From Thermodesulfobacteriaceae bacterium (lineage in GTDB: Bacteria > Desulfobacterota > Thermodesulfobacteria > Thermodesulfobacteriales > Thermodesulfobacteriaceae): a stretch of DNA of 64,000 nt. Shown here in pieces: positions 57,374 through 64,000 of this stretch (position 1 is its first letter; the number at the start of each line of letters is the position of its first letter). A model generated the notes under the pieces. That model ran no database searches. It had not been told where the DNA came from and saw only the letters and a list, made by a program, of their open reading frames with translations. Position numbers and translations under genes: made by a program. Location of the stretch: the NCBI GenBank assembly GCA_025062245.1, contig JANXAD010000003.1:16476-80475 (forward strand), in the 5' to 3' direction.

Positions 57374-59172
57374 CTAACCATCGCCTTCCTTTCCCATCCT
57401 GGAAGAAGATGGAGTTCTAAAATCTGTTCTACCTTAACTTCAGAAGGTGCTCCAGTAAGTAAACATTGAGCTTTTTGAGTTTTAGGAAAGGCAATTACTT
57501 CACGAATACTTTTCTTTCCAAGCATAAGCATAATTAAGCGGTCAAGTCCCAAGGCAATTCCTCCATGAGGTGGAGCTCCATACTCTAAGGCTGTAAGTAA
57601 AAATCCAAATTTTTCCTCAGCTTCCAAAGGAGAAATATTAAGAAGTTTAAAAATCCTTTCTTGAAGTTCTCTTTTATGTATACGGATACTTCCTCCTCCA
57701 ATTTCTACCCCATTTAAAACTATATCATAAGCTCTGGACCGCACTTTTAAAGGTTCCCTTTCCAAAAGCTCTAAATCTTCTTCCTTAGGATGGGTAAAGG
57801 GATGATGGACCGAGACTAACCGTTCCTCCTTTTCATCCCATTCTAAAAGTGGAAAATCTACGATCCATAAAAAACTGAAGGTATTTTCTGAAATAAGGTT
57901 TAATCTCTGAGCTAAGTGTTTTCTAAGTTCAGAAAGAACGAAATTGGCTACCTCCTCTTTATCAGCTATAAAAAATAAAGTAGCACTTTCTTCGTTTAAA
58001 TCAAAAACCTCCTCTAACTTTTCTAATAAAGAGGGCTCAAAAAATTTAACAATAGGAGAGCTCCACCTTTCTTGGAAGGAAGAAGCTCCCTTTTGGTATC
58101 TTATCCAAGCTAATCCCTTAGCTCCTAATTCTTGAGAAATTTGAGTTAACTCTTCAAGTTCTCTACGCGAAAAGATGGAAGAAACTTTCATTCCCTTTAC
58201 TACTCCTCCTTGTTTTAAAGCGTTTCTAAAAACTTGAAAGGAGGTATTTTCAGCTAAAGAAGAAATTTCCCTTAATTTTAAATCAAATCTTATATCAGGT
58301 CTGTCCGTTCCATAATCCCTTAAAGCTTCTTGATAAGAAATTTTAGAAAAGGGAGTACTTAGAGTTTTTCCCAAAATTTTTTCAAATAAATAGGACAAAA
58401 GTTCTTCTACCACCTCCATGATATCTTTTTCTTCTATAAAAGACATCTCTAAATCAAGTTGGGTAAATTCAGGTTGACGATCAGCTCTTAGGTCTTCATC
58501 CCGAAAACATCTTACAATTTGATAATACCTATCAACTCCACCTACCATAAGAATTTGTTTAAAAAGCTGAGGTGATTGAGGAAGGGCATAAAATCTTCCA
58601 GGATAAAGTCTACTTGGAACTAAATAGTCTCTTGCCCCTTCAGGGGTACTCTTAGTTAAAAAGGGGGTCTCTATCTCAAGAAATCCTCTCTTATCTAAAA
58701 ATTCTCTAATAGTTTGATTAATCTTATGCCTAAAAATAAAGGGCTTAAGTCCTCCAAGAGACCTCATTTCTAAATATCTATATTTAAGTCTTAAGGCTTC
58801 TGAGACTTCTGAAATATCCTCATCTAAACTAAAAGGTGGAATCTTAGAAGTATTTAAGATTTCCACCTCTTCAGCTACTAACTCAATTTCACCTGTAGAA
58901 ATTTTGGGATTTTCCATACCCAAAGGTCTTCTCCTTATCTTACCTTTTACACTAATCACATATTCTATTTTGATTTCATCAGCTATCTCATGAACCTTAG
59001 GATCTATACCCTCCTCAAAAACTACTTGTAAAAGATCACTTCTATCTCTTAAATCTATAAAAATAACCCCTCCATGGTCCCTTCTTCTCAGAACCCAACC
59101 AGAAACAGTAACCTCTTTTCCTATAAAGGATTTATTAAGTTCACCAATATAAACGGTTCTTTTAAGCCTCAT
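57370..59172 (-). CDS. aspS: Aspartate--tRNA ligase (probably non-discriminating Asp/Asn)
   Basis: RRRDHGG.IFIDLRD, LPQSPQLFKQ, FRDEDLRADRQPEFTQLD, GAPPHGGIALGLDR. Confidence 0.97.
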   Translation of the reverse strand: MRLKRTVYIGELNKSFIGKEVTVSGWVLRRRDHGGVIFIDLRDRSDLLQVVFEEGIDPKVHEIADEIKIEYVISVKGKIRRRPLGMENPKISTGEIELVAEEVEILNTSKIPPFSLDEDISEVSEALRLKYRYLEMRSLGGLKPFIFRHKINQTIREFLDKRGFLEIETPFLTKSTPEGARDYLVPSRLYPGRFYALPQSPQLFKQILMVGGVDRYYQIVRCFRDEDLRADRQPEFTQLDLEMSFIEEKDIMEVVEELLSYLFEKILGKTLSTPFSKISYQEALRDYGTDRPDIRFDLKLREISSLAENTSFQVFRNALKQGGVVKGMKVSSIFSRRELEELTQISQELGAKGLAWIRYQKGASSFQERWSSPIVKFFEPSLLEKLEEVFDLNEESATLFFIADKEEVANFVLSELRKHLAQRLNLISENTFSFLWIVDFPLLEWDEKEERLVSVHHPFTHPKEEDLELLEREPLKVRSRAYDIVLNGVEIGGGSIRIHKRELQERIFKLLNISPLEAEEKFGFLLTALEYGAPPHGGIALGLDRLIMLMLGKKSIREVIAFPKTQKAQCLLTGAPSEVKVEQILELHLLPGWERKAMVR

Positions 59173-59231
59173 CTTTTAAAAAACCTCCTTTTTACTTTTT
59201 AGAAACCTTTGAAAATTTCGTTCTAATTTAA

Positions 59232-59485
59232 ACTTCCTAAGCCTCTCTCTTTGCTATCTCCTATCTCCCCCTATTTAACCCCTACATCCACTCATCTCAA
59301 ACTCCTTAATCCCTTTCCTTATATGCCCATACCTCATAAACCAGTTTTTAACTAAAGGCGGACCTATTTTCCCTTGCTTCTTTTTCGCTTCTTCACCAAG
59401 CCCTAAACCCTTGAGAAACCTCTTTGTTTTTTTTTGTAATTTTATCTTAAAATCTTCTTTAAACCATTGAATTTTGTAAAGTTCT
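59232..59485 (-). repeat. Dispersed intergenic repeat family R, copy R4 (longest)
   Basis: Fills most of the tatD-aspS gap; the reverse complement aligns with R1, R2 and R3, and the plus strand aligns with 62640-62835. Confidence 0.8.
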
Positions 59486-59487
59486 TA

Positions 59488-60273
59488 TTAAATAGGAAAT
59501 TTGCTTTCTAAGTTAAAAAACTTTACCGTATTATAAAAAGTTTTTTCAACTACCTCCTCTAAGGAAGCACTTTTTAGTTGAGCTATTTTTTCAACGATAT
59601 AAATCAAAAAGGAAGGTTCATTTCTTCGTCCTCTTACTGGATGGGGTGCCAAAAAAGGGCAATCGGTTTCCACTAAAAGCCTATCTAAAGGTAAATATTT
59701 CACAGCCTCTCTTAATTCTAAGGCCTTATCAAAGGTTATTACTCCTGGAATAGAAATTAGACCTCCTAAATCGCAAATCCTCTTAGCCATGGTTTTATTA
59801 AAAGTATAACAGTGAAACAAAAATTTTAAATCAGAATAGTTTTTCAAAAAGTCTAAGACCGAGCTCCAAAAATTTTCATCTCCTCTTAAGTGAAGAACCA
59901 CAGGTTTATGATGTTTTTTAGCTAAGCTTAATTGATGTTCAAAGTGCTTAAGTTGTACCTCTTTGGGAGAATATTCCTTTACCCAATCCAGTCCAATTTC
60001 TCCTAAAGCACAGGCTAAACCTAAGTTTCTTTCTAAAAGTTGATAATCTTTATCCGTAAGACTTTTTACCTCGTGGGGATGGAAACCAATTACGGCACTT
60101 ATGAAATCTGGATAGGCTTCTTGCAATTCCAAAGCTTTTTGATTAGTTTTAGAATTAATTCCCACTACCAAGGTGTGCACCACTCCTTTTTCCTTGGCTC
60201 TTTTTATAACTTCTTCCAGATCTCTTTTAAAATCAGGAAAATTTAAATGGGAGTGACTGTCAATAAGTTTCAT
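59488..60273 (-). CDS. tatD: TatD family DNase
   Basis: LIDSHSHL, GFHPH, GEIGLD, LHLR, HCY, ETDCPFLAP..RG..NEP. Confidence 0.93.
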   Translation of the reverse strand: MKLIDSHSHLNFPDFKRDLEEVIKRAKEKGVVHTLVVGINSKTNQKALELQEAYPDFISAVIGFHPHEVKSLTDKDYQLLERNLGLACALGEIGLDWVKEYSPKEVQLKHFEHQLSLAKKHHKPVVLHLRGDENFWSSVLDFLKNYSDLKFLFHCYTFNKTMAKRICDLGGLISIPGVITFDKALELREAVKYLPLDRLLVETDCPFLAPHPVRGRRNEPSFLIYIVEKIAQLKSASLEEVVEKTFYNTVKFFNLESKFPI

Positions 60274-60285
60274 GTTAAGTTTCCT

Positions 60286-61095
60286 TTAAAATCCTTTTTT
60301 AATAATAAGAAGAATTAAAAAGTAAAGACTCATAAAGAACACGGTACTTGCAGAAAAAGGCCAGTCCCAAATAAAAGAAATTAAAAAACCACCTATTAAG
60401 GCTAAGAGATTTAAAAAAGCCGTAAGTATTATAACCCTTCCAAAAGATCGGGAAATCTTTAAAGCCACTACAGAGGTAAAAACAAAAAAACTTGAAACTA
60501 AGAGAATTCCTAAAATCCTTATTCCTATTAAGGTTTGCAAGGTAATCAGAAAAAGAAAGGAAAGATTAGCGAATTTAAAATTTACTCCAGGAACTTCTGA
60601 ATCCACCGTCTGAGCAACCCAAATTCCTTTAAACTTTAAATAAAGAAGAACACTTAATATCAAAATAATTAGGCTTTCGTAAACCTCCTTAGAGGTAACG
60701 GTAAGTAAACTTCCAAAAAGATAGGAAAAGAGGCGAAGGTCATATTGAGAATTTGTAGCTGCTACTATTAAGGCTAAGGCTAAAGCTAAGTGAGTAATTA
60801 TAGAAGTAGCAGTATCTTCGTAAAGGGCTTGAAATTTTTTGAAAATCCAGATTCCTGAAACAGAAAGTAAAGTTAAGAGAATAATTAGAGGGTAGTAAAA
60901 AAATTCTGGCAAAAATTGAGTGATTACCGAAACTAATATAATAACTAAGAAAAGTACATGGGTTAAAGAATGGGGGAAAAGGGCATTTTTTTTTAAAACT
61001 AAAAGAGGACCTGTAAAGGACACAGAAATGCCTAAGAAGATACCAGAAAGCATTCCCCACTTTACTAATTCTAAGGAAGTTTCCAAAATTTCCAT
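60286..61095 (-). CDS. Zn/Mn ABC transporter permease (ZnuB-like)
   Basis: ABC-3 pattern GP.LVL..LF.HSLTH, YLFGSLL, GILLVSS. Start moved to ATG 61095. Confidence 0.82.
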   Translation of the reverse strand: MEILETSLELVKWGMLSGIFLGISVSFTGPLLVLKKNALFPHSLTHVLFLVIILVSVITQFLPEFFYYPLIILLTLLSVSGIWIFKKFQALYEDTATSIITHLALALALIVAATNSQYDLRLFSYLFGSLLTVTSKEVYESLIILILSVLLYLKFKGIWVAQTVDSEVPGVNFKFANLSFLFLITLQTLIGIRILGILLVSSFFVFTSVVALKISRSFGRVIILTAFLNLLALIGGFLISFIWDWPFSASTVFFMSLYFLILLIIKKGF

Positions 61096-61099
61096 AAAC

Positions 61100-61840
61100 T
61101 TACCAGTGAGTATGCTCAATTTGATGACAGGCTGAAAGAAATTCTGGCTTTTTGGCAAAAATGCAAAAACTTTCATGATCTCCGTGAAAAAAGAGTTTCT
61201 GATTAAGACAGGCTACTTTGTTTACCCACTTGGTTAAAAGCCAGGTTTCATGAGTAACTAAAATAATAGTTAACCCCTTTTGGTGAAATTCTCCCAAAGT
61301 GTGATAAAAAACCTCTTGAGTAAAAAAATCAAGCCCTACAGAGGGTTCATCTAAGATTAAAAGTTCAGGTTCTAATATTAAAGCTCTTATAATATAAGCC
61401 CTTTGAAGTTGACCATAAGAAAGTTCCCCTACTTTATGATTAAGTAAGTTTTCCATCCCAAATTTCTTAACTAAAAGTTCAAAACGCTTAGGATGGACCT
61501 TCTTTGAATACCAATGGGCTGGAAGAAAGATAAACTCTTTTACCGTCAGAGGAGTAAGATGATCTATCAAGTTTCCTGCTCTTTGAGGAACATATCCAAT
61601 TTTAAACCACTCTTTAAATTCTGAATTTTTTTGATTCCAAAGCCAAACCCTTCCTTCTTGAAATTTTATAAAACCTAAGATACATCTTATAAGGGTGCTT
61701 TTACCACCTCCGTTAGGACCAATTAAAGCTAAAAAATCTCCTTTATTAACCTCTAAATTTATATTCCTTAAAACGGTTTGGTTTTTACAATAAAAATTGA
61801 GATTTTCTACTTTTATTACCGCAAAGGACATAGCTTTCAA
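61100..61840 (-). CDS. Zn/Mn ABC transporter ATP-binding protein (ZnuC-like)
   Basis: GPNGGGKST, IGYVPQ, LSYGQLQR, LDEPSVGLD, His-rich tail. Confidence 0.88.
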   Translation of the reverse strand: MKAMSFAVIKVENLNFYCKNQTVLRNINLEVNKGDFLALIGPNGGGKSTLIRCILGFIKFQEGRVWLWNQKNSEFKEWFKIGYVPQRAGNLIDHLTPLTVKEFIFLPAHWYSKKVHPKRFELLVKKFGMENLLNHKVGELSYGQLQRAYIIRALILEPELLILDEPSVGLDFFTQEVFYHTLGEFHQKGLTIILVTHETWLLTKWVNKVACLNQKLFFHGDHESFCIFAKKPEFLSACHQIEHTHW

Positions 61841-61852
61841 TAAAAGAACACC

Positions 61853-62635
61853 TTAAATTTCCTTAGACTTTATTTCTTCCCAAATTTGGTCTAATTCTTT
61901 TAGGCTTAATTTTCCCCAGTTTAAATTTCTCTTCTTTAATTCCTCTTCTAAAAGGTTAAAACGCCTCTCGAACTTGTTTAAAGCTAATTTCAAGGCTTCC
62001 TCAGGATTAAAATTAAGCTTTCTTGAAAAATTGGCTATGGTAAAAATTAAATCTCCTATTTCTTCCTTTAATTTCTCCTTTTTTCCAGTTTTTAAAAGTT
62101 CTTTTATTTCTTGAAGTTCTTCCTCAAATTTTTCTAAAACCTCTTCTGGTTTTTCCCAGTCAAATCCTACTCTCCCTGCTCTTTCTCCTATACGGTATGC
62201 CCTTTGTAGGGCTGGTAAAGACTTAGGAATATTTCCCAAGACTGAACTTCCCTTTCCCTCTTTCTCTTTTATTTTTTGCCAATTAGTTACTACTTCTTCT
62301 GCAGATTTTACTTTTTCTTCTCCAAAAACATGGGGATGTCTTTTAATCATCTTCTGGGAGGTATAGTAAAGAAGGTCTTCCAACTTAAAAAAGTTTTTTT
62401 CATCATAAAGATAAATTATAAAAAGGACCAAAAAAAGAAGATCCCCAAGTTCTTCTCTAATTCCATTAGGCTCTCCCTTTTCTATAGCCTCCAAAACCTC
62501 GTAAGTTTCCTCTATAAGATATTTTTTTAAGGTTTCAGGGGTCTGTTTTTTATCCCAAGGACATCCCTTTTCTCCTCTTAAAGTTTTAATAATTTCCCAA
62601 AAAGTCCAAAAGTCTACTTTTTCTCGTAAAAACAT
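61853..62635 (-). CDS. mazG: Nucleoside triphosphate pyrophosphohydrolase MazG
   Basis: LRGEKGCPWDKKQT, EETYEVLEAI..EELGDLL, RHPHVFG, EEIGDL. Confidence 0.95.
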   Translation of the reverse strand: MFLREKVDFWTFWEIIKTLRGEKGCPWDKKQTPETLKKYLIEETYEVLEAIEKGEPNGIREELGDLLFLVLFIIYLYDEKNFFKLEDLLYYTSQKMIKRHPHVFGEEKVKSAEEVVTNWQKIKEKEGKGSSVLGNIPKSLPALQRAYRIGERAGRVGFDWEKPEEVLEKFEEELQEIKELLKTGKKEKLKEEIGDLIFTIANFSRKLNFNPEEALKLALNKFERRFNLLEEELKKRNLNWGKLSLKELDQIWEEIKSKEI

Positions 62636-62639
62636 TTAA

Positions 62640-62835
62640 CTTTTAAAAGACCTTTTAAAAATTCGGTCTAATCTCACTACTAAGGCTCTTTCTTTTTCTT
62701 ATCCTATCTGACCCCAATTTAATCCCTCCATCCTTATCTCAAACCCCTTAATCCTTCTTCCTATAGGCCCAATACCTGATAAACCAGTTTTAACTAAAGG
62801 CGGACCCATTTTTTCCTGGCTTCTTTTTCACTTTT
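62640..62835 (-). repeat. Dispersed intergenic repeat family R, copy R5
   Basis: ATACCTGATAAACCAGTTTTAACTAAAGGCGGACCCATTTT (62773) versus ATACCTCATAAACCAGTTTTTAACTAAAGGCGGACCTATTTT (59330). Confidence 0.82.
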
Positions 62836-62844
62836 CCAAAAAAG

Positions 62845-63345
62845 TCAAGCAGATTGATATTTTTTCAGAATGTGAGGTATTAATCCGCCATCTTCTAAGA
62901 TAGCTTTCATAAAAGGTGGAATAGGCTTGATATGGTAGGTTTTATTTTTAGTAAGATTAACGATTTTTCCTTCTTCGGGATAAACTTCCAGTTCATCACC
63001 TTCTTCGGTTTCTGAGGCTACCTCAGGACTTTCTAAAATTAGAAGACCAGTATTAAAGGCATTACGATAAAAAATACGAGCAAAGGATTCTGCAATGATA
63101 CAAGAAATCCCACAAGCTTTGATAGCCACTGGAGCGTGTTCTCTGGAAGAACCACATCCAAAATTTTTACCAGCAACTATAATATCTCCCTTAGATATTT
63201 TCTTAGAAAAGTAAGGATCCAGATCTTCCATACAGTGTTTTCCCAATTCTTCAGGATCAGTGGTGTTTAAATAGCGGGCAGGAATAATTACGTCGGTATC
63301 AATGTTATCTCCAAATTTCCAAACCTTCCCTCTTATTTTTTTCAT
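62845..63345 (-). CDS. leuD: 3-isopropylmalate dehydratase small subunit
   Basis: FGDNIDTDVIIPARYL, NFGCGSSREHAP, ESFARIFYRN. Confidence 0.93.
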   Translation of the reverse strand: MKKIRGKVWKFGDNIDTDVIIPARYLNTTDPEELGKHCMEDLDPYFSKKISKGDIIVAGKNFGCGSSREHAPVAIKACGISCIIAESFARIFYRNAFNTGLLILESPEVASETEEGDELEVYPEEGKIVNLTKNKTYHIKPIPPFMKAILEDGGLIPHILKKYQSA

Positions 63346-63363
63346 ACGAGTTGTTCTCCCTTT

Positions 63364-64000
63364 TTACTCTGGTGTTTTTAGGCCTAATTCTTCTGGAGTT
63401 CCTATGTATCCCAGCACAGCACTTACGGCTGCTACTGCTGGCCCAGCTAAGTAAACTTCACTTTCAGGATGTCCCATTCTTCCTATAAAATTTCTATTAG
63501 TAGTAGCCACTGCTCTTTCTCCCTTAGCTAAAATTCCCATATGTCCTCCCAAACAGGGACCACAGGTAGGAGGAGATACCATAGCCCCTGCTGAAAGGAA
63601 AACCTCTAAATAGCCCCTCTTTAAAGCTTCTTGATAGACCTTAGGAGTTGCAGGAATAATAATACATCTAAGATTAGAATTTACCTTTCTTCCTTTTAAA
63701 ATTTTCGCCACTATACTTAAATCTTCAATTCTTCCATTGGTGCAAGAACCTATAACTACTTGGTCTATGAAAATTTTTTGTGAAAGTTCTTTAACTAATT
63801 TTACCTTGGAAGGAAGATGGGGTAAGGCTACCACTAAATCGATTTTAGAAACATCATATTCCTTTACTTCAGAATAGTTAGCCTTACGGTCTGGTTTTAT
63901 AATTAAAACTTCTCTTTGGGGATTCACTTTTTTGAGAAAGGCTACGGTCTTTTTATCTACTTCAAAAAGCCCTACTTTAGCCCCTGCTTCTATAGCCATG
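63364..64000 (-). CDS. leuC: 3-isopropylmalate dehydratase large subunit (5' part outside the window)
   Basis: IGSCTNGR, CGPCLGGH.G, TTNRNF.GRMG. Confidence 0.93.
   Translation of the reverse strand, partial: MAIEAGAKVGLFEVDKKTVAFLKKVNPQREVLIIKPDRKANYSEVKEYDVSKIDLVVALPHLPSKVKLVKELSQKIFIDQVVIGSCTNGRIEDLSIVAKILKGRKVNSNLRCIIIPATPKVYQEALKRGYLEVFLSAGAMVSPPTCGPCLGGHMGILAKGERAVATTNRNFIGRMGHPESEVYLAGPAVAAVSAVLGYIGTPEELGLKTPE

Noticed and set aside
59270-59484. About 70-codon stop-free frame in repeat R4 (ELYKIQWFKEDF...)
   Set aside because: No start codon or SD, and the frame is broken by indels and stops in R1, R2 and R5.
60286-61840. Metal ABC permease and ATPase without a binding-protein gene
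   Set aside because: Unlinked znuA-type genes are common; unremarkable without the rest of the genome.
5352-62530. Short track ORFs at 5352, 5474, 13127, 14108, 15161, 16512, 18272, 23263, 29501, 30071, 30189, 33244, 42144, 43415, 46734, 52368, 52704, 57944, 60040, 60740, 60920 and 62276
   Set aside because: All lie inside well-supported longer genes (opposite strand or another frame) and show no recognisable motifs.

Overview
This is an AT-rich (visibly about one-third GC) bacterial chromosome segment. Gene content (aspS, carB, argG, hisC/hisF, leuCD, a SufBC-only Fe-S pair, a yeeE-tusA-dsrE cluster, a csg operon) suggests a thermophilic Thermodesulfobacteriaceae-like sulfur-cycling anaerobe; this is inference, no search was run. 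Most of it is housekeeping DNA, with one tRNA-His(GUG) and a carB fragment missing from the ORF track. The accessory content is: (1) an Rpn-family nuclease gene with an internal SD+ATG, a two-repeat/one-spacer orphan CRISPR-like unit upstream, and the pair bracketed by two copies of a dispersed ~200-250 bp intergenic repeat that occurs at least five times in the window; (2) an AcrB-type RND pump fused in frame, through a retained lipoprotein-like signal peptide, to a whole OprM/TolC-type channel; (3) an MNT-HEPN toxin-antitoxin pair between two ~99% identical 954-bp copies of a broken Old Yellow Enzyme gene; (4) a complete co-directional curli-like operon (csgD-A-B-H-E-F-G) with short atypical curlins, a divergent multi-TM LuxR regulator and two orphan type IV prepilins nearby; (5) a YTD-type sulfur-relay cluster; (6) several apparent pseudo-enzymes (GcvH without the lipoyl Lys, M1-like domain without HEXXH, UvrA-like protein with a dead second Walker B). 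All calls are by-eye motif recognition.
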